This document shows, one piece after another, positions 12,974 to 25,500 of a stretch of 35,451 bases of DNA (position 1 is the stretch's first letter; the number at the start of each line of letters is the position of its first letter). The DNA comes from Catajapyx aquilonaris (lineage: Eukaryota), in the NCBI GenBank assembly GCA_000934665.2, contig JYFJ02004030.1, positions 1 through 35,451 of the forward strand, given 5' to 3'. The notes below the pieces were generated by a model. That model searched no databases and had not been told where the DNA came from. It was given only the letters and a program-made list of their open reading frames with translations. The position numbers and the translations under genes were made by a program.

Positions 12974-15384
12974 TGCACATCTTCCACTGCACCTCTCACC
13001 CTGCCTGGGTGTGACTGCTGTTCAAACTGTACCAAAATGGCAACTATCAGCCAGTCATCACCTGATTGGAGGAGCCTAGATAAGATTACAACCAGTGTTC
13101 CAGTAGCAAGACGTGTATCCGGCCAGTTCCACGTGCACGATCATTAACTTTTATTACAACCATTACTCATGATACTGGACACCCTTATCTCTGCAGGACA
13201 AAACTTGCAAGAGCACATGAACAACACATTGCGTAACGAGAGTCTGTTTAGTCTCTTACTAGACAACTCTTAATGTTCACTCGAACAACTGTATGACTCG
13301 TTCTCTTGTTTTTGGTGGTGACTCCTCTTCTGCATGTCATCTCCAACCGCTCGCTTATAATTGGTTACTCTTCATTGACGTCAACATTGCTGTGGTATTC
13401 ATTGTTTTCCTTATGGAGGCGCACTGTTTCTTATCAACATCTCTCTGCACAATGGCAGACGCAAAAATGTGTCTGCGCCTACATTCTTGCGTCACAGGGG
13501 GAACTAAGATGAACTTTGAACATTCGCATAACTTACCAAATGTTTCTCATATTTTTTTTTGCATTTAAAATTATCAATTTTTAAAATAATATATTATTGA
13601 AAAGGCGATCATTTGCCTCAAAATAAAGAGTTTGTGGGGTTTATTTCGGTTTATTTTGTTATAATAATTATATTATGTTCTCATGTTTAACCATGAGGAA
13701 ATGACCACGGTCACAAAGTCACCCCTCATGACCAGCACAACCTGTGAGCACAACTGACGTACCGATCATCTGGTGACCGGTCAGGTCATGTAGAGGATAT
13801 AAAATTGTTTTAAAAATAGTTTACAAATGGCTTAAGCTGATGAAATGGGAATCAGATTCGCTCCTGTAGTGGTTGAGAATGTGCTGACTAGTCGTTGGCG
13901 GCAATACTGGCGAATCAGACTTCATATTTTATACACCGCGAGGTTTCAATGATCATTACTGGCCGGCCTACGTACAATAATTACAATTTAAAGACGATAA
14001 GGGAAAGGCATAATCGTATTGTTAAAAACAATTAGTTCGAAAATTATTCACCAAAATCACCACATTCAATGGATACGGTAGCATGTTTACAGGGAGAGAT
14101 TTTTCAGTGCAATTTATTCGTGAAAATAATTTTATTTTTGACAGGTTGAATCAAGTGAGTGTTTTTTTTTAAATGTTTCCTTAGTTTTTGTCACCTGATG
14201 TTGCCGTAGGTTAATAACTGACTACAATATTTCCGGAATATTGTCACATGTCAACAGCGGACATACGTCTCCATTGCCAATATGCCATTATGGTATGTAT
14301 AGCACATTATTTTATGCTTCCAAATAGCTGCTAATTAACACCTTTTATCAATGCAAACTTTTAGTTTGTTATTTTTAAATGAGATTCTGACCTCAAATCC
14401 TGCCATTTGCCCTGTGCTTCTCAGGAATTTGAGCTATAGATAGAGCATCGTCTCCAGCGTCGCCAGTGTTTCGCCGGATTCTAATTTGCTGTTCGGAAAC
14501 TGTCTGATTTTTTTTTCAGTAAAAAATATTATTTTTTTGTCCCTCCAGATGATTTTGTACAATAATTAGTTTTACAGGTTGCGTTTCTCGGCAACATCCA
14601 CTATGTGCTGCAAAAGGTAAAGCGAGCACAGCGGGGAAGAGCCCGCCGCATGCGGATTTTTTGGGGGTTCAAGGTCGCACAATATTAGGCGAATGTAACT
14701 GGACAGAGAACAGTGGAATCCTCCTGCACTGTAAGCACGTCTGATATTATTTTATTATATTTATTTTATTTTTATTTTATCTTATTTTGAGTACACAAAA
14801 GCGATTTTACCACCGTACAGAGCCAGGAGTAATAAGCCCCCACAATTACCGTGCAGCAGGTTGGCAACGCTGCATGGCTGGGTAGGATATTGAAACCGGA
14901 GAGCTTATATATCCAGTGTTTGCAAGGGCATCTTGACCTTTGGGTCAGGCATGGCACATATGGGGATTTCCCCCAGCCTCAAGGCTGCAAGCCCCATTGG
15001 TCAATTCAATGCTCCTGACACCCTCATACAAATAATATCATCAAGAGCCATCGGTCAGTGACTATTCCCTCCGCCGCTGGTTGAAGCGCCACTGGTACTT
15101 TGCCATCTACCGGAGGGAAGTGCAACTACTAATGTTCGTTCGGAGGGATTCAATCAGACACTACCCATTGTTGTCTGATTATTCCGCCACGTGCGAGCTG
15201 GTCAGACGCATTCAGAGTTGGGCAGGTGATGCAGGAAGCATTGTTTGGCAGGACATGCCATGGATAGGTAGCCGTGGACCAAGGAGTGTTTTCTCTGGTC
15301 GTACCAGGCAATGTGAGTTATTAACTTATTATTTGTTGGACGAAATGTGTGGAGGGTCGAACTCCATCGAGGCCAAGATAGACC

Positions 15385-15418
15385 TATTTGACCTTGACAC
15401 ATGTGTCAAGGTCAAATA
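15385..15418. repeat. Perfect 34-bp palindrome between the divergent Dicer copies B and C
   Basis: TATTTGACCTTGACACA|TGTGTCAAGGTCAAATA. Confidence 0.9.
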
Positions 15419-16578
15419 ACATATCATATAACGAAAGTGGCTGGATGCTGGCAGCTGGTGGGAACCATTTATGCTTTAGGAGTTTAGGTAGACCCTGTTT
15501 GTCATCATACATGGGAAGTACATGTCAATTTTCATTGAGAACTGTACAATAATTAAAAATAAGTTCTTGAGCAATGTTTGGGTTTCCATGCGAGAATCAT
15601 CCTGTACAATAATTGACACGTGATACGAACAAGTTATCCCAAGTTGGTGGCTCGACAGTCTCAGAATTTGATATTTAAAAATCGTGTGCTTATACACACA
15701 CATGAGCTGTTGCTAAAATCGAAATTAGAGCCAACCAGTTGAAAATCCCTAGGAGATATGGCAACGTCTTTCGGCAACAATGGAACCGGACTGACAATAT
15801 ATTTCAGGTGGAGTTATTGTTGTAACCCAATGATCATATATATCGAAAGAACGGGAATGAAATGAGGAATATTGTGGTGGCAACAGTTTTAACCTAGAAC
15901 GCAAAATAACAATTATAAACAAATTCTCATTATTGTTCAAAAATGGCACATTTCAGATGGTCCAATGTCACTGTTAAACACATGTTAGGAGTGTGAAATT
16001 AATATGGTAGATACATTGCCATACACATGGTACTTACTACTGTGGAAGGAAAACATTACAGGTCAAGCAGTCTTGGAAATAAAGAAAATCCTGAAATTCC
16101 ATTTTTCTGTAAGTTGGTCATATCTTGGAGGTCATTTTTTCTGGGTCGATTTTAAAGTTACATGTGTTGAAAGAATAGTCTTTTTGTGCTTGATTTATAG
16201 ATATATAAGAACGGTTCAGTCCCCCTGAGCGGTTCACCCCCATATCATTAAATACAGCAGCGCCAAATAACGTAGAGTAGGCGTACACGAGTATTTTAAA
16301 ATGTTCTGGTGTACCTCGCAGGGGGACTAGATTAAAACTGCTGCCGTCACAATATATTAGTGATGTACAGTAATTGCGTAACTTCTGTTACACGTCAAAC
16401 GAGGTGAGATTGTGCCAGGAGGGGTGAGATTGTGCCGCGCATTTTTGGACAACAGTGACAGCAGACGTAGCGAATTCACTGCACGTCTGAATATCAAATT
16501 TTTCAGATGTTTAATTTTTATTATGTTGCAGGAAATTACTGCTGAACTTAATCTAAATTTTGTGTTTATTTGAAGGCA

Positions 16579-19500
16579 ATGGATTCAGATGGTAGTAAGG
16601 ATAATATGTTATTCGAGACTCGGGATTATCAAGTAAGCAGAACATTCCTTTACATTATTTTGCTGCTTTTGTGCTACAAATTTACACTCAATTTTTATAT
16701 GCTGACAGATTGCACTGTTTGAGTTTGCCAAGAAACAGAACACAGTGATTTTCCTGCCAACTGGCTCTGGAAAAACATTGATTGCCTTGCAGCTGATAAA
16801 GCATGTTGCTACGAAACTGTGAGTTCTTTTCTACTATACTGTCACCAATAATGTAATGATAATAATCATCTGCCCATTTTGAATAAGGTAAAAATGATTG
16901 GAAAGTCTTCATCCTATCGAAAATAATCACTTATCTTTTATTTGAAGCGGACCAAAAGGGAAGGATCAAAAGAAAATAGTTTTCTTGGCAGTGACGGTCC
17001 CATTGGTGCAACAGCAGAGGAAGTACATAGAGGAGAATAGTAACCTTGATGTTGCTTGCTACACAGGAGATACACCAGTTGATCTCTGGGATGAGGACAC
17101 ATGGCAAACAGAATGGGACCAACATGAGGTAAGATTAATTTATTTACAATTATTGTGCCTTGAAATTTTTAGAAACTTGTCTGTTAGACTGCAAAATACT
17201 GTATACGGTCAAAGGGCTGCTCAGTTTCAGTTTTTTAGAATTTAAATTGTCCAAAGAAAGCCGTGTAAATCTTAAATAAGCTCTACCATTAGTGTTTGGC
17301 AATGTATTTTTCGAGTCACATATTGTTTACTAAAACTCGCAATGAACAATTTACTTTAAGATAGCGCCATACGTAAGTGTGTGTACCATGCGGAAAACTT
17401 TCAAAGTGGGATATATTATAATGGGATAGTTAACTCATCAAGTTCATTACATATGTATATATGTCAGTGATTGTCCACCAAAAAGGCCTGTTTGGCCCAT
17501 AAAGGGGTCAATTAAAAAAATAAATAATAATAATAATAAAATGTCAGTGATTAAGAAGATAATTATCGCTAAAAATTGGGCATCATCTACTAGTGCCATT
17601 TAAATTTAAATTATAATTTGTGATATTTTAAACCTTGGTAATAGTGCATTGATGAGTACTACTTTTATAGGTAAATGTCACAATTATTGTGTATTTTGTC
17701 GGTTTTTACTATTTGCTTGGGTTTGATAGTGACAATTTTTTTCCACGCTGAATATGTTTGTCAGAAGTTTATGATATATCCTGCTTTATTATGTTATGTT
17801 TCCAGGTTTTGGCTCTGACACCTCAGGTCTTTGTACAGATGCTTCATCATAGCTACATCCACTGGAATGATGTCGCACTTCTCGTAGTGGATGAGTGTCA
17901 CCATGCAGTGGGGGACCACCCCATGAGGGTGGCCATGGATGATCTAAGGAAGGCATATGAGCAAGGACAGGATGTTCCTCAAGTACTAGGCCTCACTGCC
18001 ACACTGATAAATAGTAATGTTAACGTTCAAAATGTGGCTAATGAGGTCCGAGCACTGGAGCACACTATGTGCAGTCAGGCTGTCACATATGACCATACGG
18101 CTATTGAACAATATGCCACCAATCCAAAGGAAGAATTGGAAATGTTTACGACAGCCAACACCCTTGATGAAAATATTGTTAGTGTCACAAAGGATATAAA
18201 TCAGGAACTTGTAGTGACCAGAGGGTGGATTGCTTGGCTGGAGATTGCCATGCGCAGGAGAGAGCAACTTCCTATAGTGAGTGGCACATTACTAACTCCG
18301 GTCAAGAAGTGCTTACTGAAAAAGTTGTCCAGGTAAGATCCTGAGGCCTAATGCATTTCAATTGAAACATTTTTAGTTATGTTTTATTGGAAAGAGAGTG
18401 TACATCATGTCCTACATAATTCAGTAGTGGCTACATGATAACTTGGGAACTCCTGCCTCAAGTTATCATGTGGAGCTGTAATAAAAGATTATGGCAAGGA
18501 TGTGTGGGTCCTGGTCCTGCAGCTTAGAGTAACATAGATGACAGTACCTTCCAATTGCAGCCTGGTGGGTTCAATGCAGTCCATAATATCAGAGATGGGC
18601 TTGTACTGTGCTGATGTTGCTGCATTACTGATCATTGTGCGTTTGGAGAAGGAAATTCACATGTGCAAAAAAGATTATCAGGAGATGGCCTACCGTCAGG
18701 TACAGACTATGATGCATTGTATTCATGCCAGGTTGGGCAACTTGCTATCGCAGTGCTCACCAGCAGAGAGGATGACAAAGTATGTCAAACCTAAGGTGAA
18801 GCGCATGATGGAGATACTTTCCAGGTATGGGTACGCCGCAGCTGTTGTTTGGTCAGCTCTTGAAGTTGTTTTTTGTCTGTCCTGGTGTATAAAAGACCAA
18901 CAGTGTAGCAAGCACTCTTATGTAGGTACCGAGAGGCTGAGCGGATGGTGTATAAGACCAAGCATGTAAAAGGGAATGGCAAAGAGGAAAATGATGGTCG
19001 CCTCTGTGGGCTTATATTTGTTAAAACACGCATAACTGCTCAGGTTCTGAGCTACTTCCTTTTGGTGAGCACATACTATTTTTCATTGCTAATACATGGA
19101 TTCTTTATTCAACTAAGGCTCTTTCTTCCATGCAGGATGTGAGTGAGAAGTTGCCCGAGTATTCATTTATTTCACCCCACTTTGTGGTGGGTACAAACCA
19201 GGGAAAGCCAAATGAGAATTTGATTTCCAGGTTTAATGCAAAATGCCAGAGAGATGCTGTAGAGCACTTTCGCTCTGGTGAATACAACCTCATTGTCACC
19301 ACAAGTGTCTTAGAAGAAGGGATAGATATACCAATGTGTAATTTTGTGCTCAGATATGACCCCCCAAGGAACTTTACATCCTATGTTCAGTCAATGGGAA
19401 GAGCCAGAAAATTGGGAGGGCGCTATGTGCTTTTAACCTCAGAGTCTGAAAAAGATGAGATTAGAAAGAGAATTGAAACTTTCAAGAAAATACAAGAGAA

Positions 19501-22500
19501 TCTTCGGACTGTTCTCAGGGAACGGTCAGCATGCAGATTTCTGGCCATAAATGAAGACTGTGCCGAAGAGTCTGATCATGGAGAAGCTGAGAGCTTGCTT
19601 CCTCCCTTCCAGCCAAGAAAAGAAGAAGGAGCACCCAAGATTACCCAAACTGATGCGGTATCACTGGTTCATATGTAAGTACTGTGCATTTGAGGATTTG
19701 CACCAACTTAACAGTTACAGTACTGATTAGGTCAGCACTTTAACAATTGCATTTATTTCTTACTGTTTATCAGGTACTGCAGCATGCTCCCTCAGGACCG
19801 CTTTAGTTTCCTGTCCCCTCTCTGCTGGTATGTGAACCATGGACCAGACCATACCAGGTTCCAAGCCATTCTACGCTTGCCCATTAATTCACCGGTTCAA
19901 GAGGACATCGCAGGTCTTCCAATGCCATCTGTGGTCTTAGCCAAGAGATCGGTTTACTTGGAAGCCTGTAAAGTGCTGTACGATGTTGGGGAGTTGGATG
20001 AGACCCATCTTCTTCCAGTTGGGAGGAAGCCTAAGGAGGAGCCAGATGATTGGGTTGAGCCTCCAGAGAATCAGACTCTCCCAAGCGAGCCCAAGGTGGG
20101 TACCAAGAAGAGGAGGCAGTTCTACAAGATTGCTACCCCAAAAGCATATTTAAGATCATGGCCGATAGTTGGGAAGGAAATGTATTTACATGTCCTCAAA
20201 ATGGAGGCTGTGTCAGAGTGGGATCTGAGGATGTTGACTCCCCAGATGAGCAAGAACATATTTGGAATGTTGTGTGCCATCAAATTGCCTAAGGTATTTT
20301 ACGAACATTTTTGTTCCATTAATTTTGTATGTTCTTCCTAGTTAACGCTCATTTTTATGTAGGTGTGTAAATTTCCTCTGTACTCCAAGTACGGCATGGT
20401 GTGGGTAACAGTGGAAGCAATGTCAGAACCTTATCAAGTCCTGGACAAGAAAGAAGTGACCTTATTAGGCAAATTCCACAAGTACCTTTTCCACACATTG
20501 TTGGGCATGACACACCCGATGCTGAGATTCGATGTACATGATGAGACCAGTGAAGGAGGTCTTATTGTTCCTCTGAAAGGTACTTGTCATTTTCCTGCAG
20601 AGCTAATAGTGTCTTCACTAACATCTTGTGTTCCTAGGGAATTCCAAGGATGTTGACTGGGACATTGTCGACAATGCTCCAAAGTTTGAAGAAACGGTGG
20701 AGCATGCAGTGACCCTGGCCAACTCCAGAGAGTATGTTCCTGAAATGATTGATGCTGCACGTTTGGAGGATTCAGTAGTGATACCTTGGTACTGCGGTAC
20801 TCCACTTAAGGTGAGGCAGAAGTGCTGTACTTGTGTTAGGAGTTTTGACAGTTATTTTGCTTCTAAAGGTTAAATAGTAAGAATACATAATGGCATGTTT
20901 TGCAGTTAGAAATCAAGTTAGAAGTACATCTATCATATTAAAAGCCTTGCGGTGTTGGACCAAGCCTTATGATTGGTCCGCTGCATATATTGTTACCGCC
21001 TCCTCCCCATTGGCCTGCGTTCTACTTATGCGCAATGGGGTGTAAACAACTCCCCTGTTGGGTTGCCGGGGAAACTGTCCATTCCTTCTCTGCATATTGT
21101 TGCCCAGTCGGGACTACTGTGAAGTTGTTTACAGAGACAGTTCCCTTTTTGGAACAACAGACACAGGACAGACATGTTCTCACTTCTCACTAAAGGGGCC
21201 ATTCGAAGACTGCTGGAGGGTTAACCTTACACCCTCCCCCGGTGATGTGGTGCTCCGAATAGGTGCCACAGGCCTAGAAAAGAGCAACCAAAGAGAGAGG
21301 TGTTCTGTACGAGATGGGTCGGTGAACGAACGCAAGCGGGTGCCCAATTTTATTACAGGAATTACATTACAAACTGTATTCCGACCTGTCATAAAATTGG
21401 CCATCTGCTTGCGTTCGTTCGCCGACCCATCTATAGGCCTCGGGCCTAGGAAAATGCAGAGGAGCGAGGGTTTTCCTATAGTATCTGTTTATTTTCATAC
21501 TATAGTGAACCTGTTGCCAAAATTAAAATAACATGTACTACCAATTACAGTTTTCTGTCTAGCATTATTGTGTCTGAAGTAGGCAGATATCACTGGTTAT
21601 ATATTGATGGGATTTTCTCATGGGTGGCTTGAAATGTGTATATTCGAGGCAACTATAATATTGGGTCAATATTATTGTTCTGATGGGTCATATTGAATAT
21701 GACAATGAAAGTTGATAATTTCCAACCATAGTTTATTTCCTGCATACTGTGACTATGTATTTTATTACAAGCTACTGTCCTGACATTTTGACAAAAATAA
21801 CTTCCAGACACAGTAGCTAAGCCGAAAGCCTCGTGTCAAATGACATTGTTTTAAAACATGCATAAGGTGTTGTTGAGTAATGTGCAGTACATTTTCCAGG
21901 AAGAAAAGGTGGGTTTGTTACAAGAGAATGGACAGTAATAGAACATTTCTGACTTATTCTTATTTAGAATCAGCGCCAATGAATGCATAATAGACAGCTA
22001 AAATCGTTCATGTAACAAAATCCTTGTTGACCAGTGTAATTTAATAAAAGAACAGCAATAATGATGTCATAATTATGTTTTGTGTAATAATAATAATAAT
22101 TATAGTATAATAATTTGTACCCCGTGCTAGAGCCGTGGGCCCTCTTAGGGGATACCACCATATTTTTTTATCTGGAACTCTTGCTTTCGTTTTTACTACT
22201 CGTATAAGGGGATGGGATAGGGACGGAAGGAAACGGCTGTGGCCTATAATTACGGACACGACCCCGGAATTTTCCTGGTGAGACCATGGGAAACCACAGA
22301 AAACCACGGTCAGGGTCGGCGGCCACTGGGATTCGAACCCAGGACCTCCCGATTAGCAGTCGGATACCATATCCCCTCCGCTACCACTGCTTCGGTTATG
22401 TTATGTGTATGCCCTACTATGAGGGAGTAGCCAGGAGTGGTCAGAAAGAGGTTTTGTCAATGTTGTTTCAATATTTGTCACTGCAACTGTCTGTTGACTG

Positions 22501-25500
22501 TTGAACCTTATACTCATCAATGATGGATGAAATCATATGAATAGTGGCCCTGAAGATGTGTAGGAATCAATAGATGCATTCTCTGGTAATAAAATCATGA
22601 ATATTGTATGTGTTATAATGAAAAGTGGAACATTATGCATTATTATTGTTCCACTTTCCACCTTTTGTTTAGGAACATCATATGTCAATATCCCCCTGGA
22701 ATTTTTTCCCAAATTACTACCACTTGCAGACAGTGATATTGACAATTATTGATAATGTGTATAATCAGCAGGTACATTTTCCGATGATGAAAATCACGTA
22801 TTTCTCAATAAAACAATGAATAATGAAAATGTATGGATAATATTATTCCACTTTTTCCATAAGAACAGCATATGTCAATATATTTTCTTCTGGGATTTTT
22901 TTTCTAGCATTATCACCTCTTGCAGATATTTGAAGTTAATGACACTTTATGTCCCATCAGTGTGTCCATACACCATTTCATTTATTTAACCTCCCTGCCT
23001 CATTCACGCAATGACACTATTTTTTTTAAGATTCGTTCAAGTCCTCTTATAAAGAGCAAGGATTGTTTTTTTGTGTCTCCTGAAAAGTAACATCTTTGGA
23101 AATAATCATGTGGTTTTTGCAAAAAAAGGCTTTAATTATTAAATACGCTTATCATAAAATGTGTCAAATAATTTTTTAGCTTTATTATTTTCTTAATTAT
23201 GGAGATGAAATTTTGCAGCACATTTTCCACATGGCAGATTTCATTCTCATACTATGAATATCTACGAAGTTCGCCTGTAACATGTACAAAATATAAAAGT
23301 TAAGTTTAAAGCCATTTTAATTTTTTTTTCATGTGTTTTGACAGTGGGGACAGAAAAATATTACATTGGAAAATCATTGGTAATATGTTGGGACATAACA
23401 GTGTAAAAATACGAAGTCAGATAATGCAGGAAATAAATTACACTGGGGAACACATTTTATACCCTTGAAGGTTAGACCCATTTTAGGGTATATCCTTGGG
23501 TATGTCTGACCAAGTGATCGATGAAATGTAAAAATAAATTTTAGTTACATTTTAGAGAAAACATAATTCCATAAACGTATTCTCCTGGTGTTTCTCTTTC
23601 TTTTGATAGAGATGTTCATTGGGTTTGAGCAATTCCACTAACCGCAAAAAAATTCTCCCAAAAAAAAGGCCTCATTTTCGGCCATTTTTCAAAGTTTCTC
23701 GAATGTTTCCCTCCCAATGGTACCGGTATTGCGTAATGTGGCTGAAACTTGATGTGCAGCATTATGGCATAATAAGTCTGTACATGTGTGATTATTTTCA
23801 CCAAGATCCGAGAAGATGTAAAAACGTTACGGCTCACTTGCTTCGGAAAGACCCCAAGTAAACTGGTCCCAACTTTAAAACGATATATCTCAATAACTAG
23901 AGCTGATGGAGCAAAACGGATGCCAGTTTTGGAATCAGCGCCACGGATATACCCTCAAATCGGTCTAACCTTCAAGGCACCAAGAAGAAAATTCAATATT
24001 GTTCCCCTGTGTTATGGTTGGGAAAAAAAAAACTTTCAATACCACAATCTATTTGACCCTAATTGATCCAAACATGCAATTTTTAAATTTGTAATGTATA
24101 AGTTCATTTGCCTGATAATGACATCAAAGGAATATTAATTACAGTACTACAGCGTTGTGGAAATCTGTGATGATGTTACTCCTTGCTCCCCATTCCCTGG
24201 GGAGACATATACCACTTACAACGATTATTTCAAAGAGAAATACAACATTGATGTGCAGCACCAAGACCAACCAATGGTTGAAGTGAAGCTAATTGGATCA
24301 CAGGGCTCATTCCCTGTTAACTTCTTAGTTCACCGGTAAGTCTTACTCTTGTTTGCCTACATTGGACCTGAAATATGTTCAAACTCTGTTACATCTGGTG
24401 ATGTGGAATTTTTTTCTATTCTGCTTTTTCGCTTCTGCCTTGTTATCTATCTAGGACTGGTAAGGATGGTCTGCCAGGCCATCACAATAAGGAAGCTGGG
24501 CGCATGTTGCACTATGCCCAGTGTCGGGAGCACCTGGTTCCTGAGCTTTGTTGTGTCCATCCAATGCCTGCTTCGTTCCTGGTTCAGGCCCTACACATCC
24601 CTTCCATTCTTCATCGCTACAGACAGCTTCTTCTGGCTGGGGATGTGTACTCTTTACTTGGATTTAAGCACAATAGAGGGAAATCTGACTGGAAACCCTT
24701 GTCTTATGGTCCCATCATGACCTCAGGAAATTGTGATAATGCTGATGGAACTATGACCAGCTTGGTTTCCAGTGATGGTGAACAGGAGCAGACACTGGAG
24801 AATGGTGAAGCATCATCAGGTCAGAAACATGATGGGTTTATTAACTGCTTTCAGAGAGGTGACATTTACAGTGCGCCAAGCATCTTTGCAGTGATACTAA
24901 AAATATTCTACTACAGTATGTCATGTTGACTGTCATCATATACTACTCTATACGTGCCTCATGATGTTTCTGAGCACCACTTTTTTTCTATTGCAGCTGT
25001 TGACCCAGTGAATGTGACAGATGCTCAAGAAGAGAAATTTGACATCCTCAAAGGCCTTGTAGACCCTGAATGCTGCCTCTTCAAGGCTACTCTGTCTGAT
25101 ATTGAGAATTTCCACAAGGCGGTGACCTCTATACATACATGTACTATTGGAAAGCATGATGAGTGCGATGCAGACCACTCCACACTCACAGAAAAGAAGC
25201 GCAACATGCTTGACAACATGAGACACACACAAATGAGGTCTCCTCACAGCCATGACATTGAGCTCACCTCCTTACTAAACGCTCTGACATTGGCTGCTTG
25301 TAACGACGGATTTGACTTGGAGCACCTAGAAATGGTGGGTGATTCATTCCTCAAATTCGCAGTGTCAGTCCACCTTTTCTGTGTCTACAAGAGCGATGAT
25401 GAAGGAAAGCTCAGCACTCGCAGGATGCGCCTAATCAGTAACAAGTTCTTGTATAAGCTGGGAAAGATGAAAGGATTGCCTGGATATATCAATTCCCACT

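Noticed and set aside
15081..15419. 112-aa intergenic ORF and other short ORFs between B and C
   Set aside because: Non-ATG start in the track, and no motifs or splice support.
18433..18471. 13-bp-arm hairpin in intron 4 of copy C
   Set aside because: Too short to support a functional claim.
20953..21533. Solo LTR (TGTT...AACA) and ORF 21058-21531
   Set aside because: No matching TSD, and the translated ORF has no recognisable domain.
22290..22395. tRNA gene
   Set aside because: A and B boxes are present but there is no convincing cloverleaf; it continues into a SINE body with tail and TSD.
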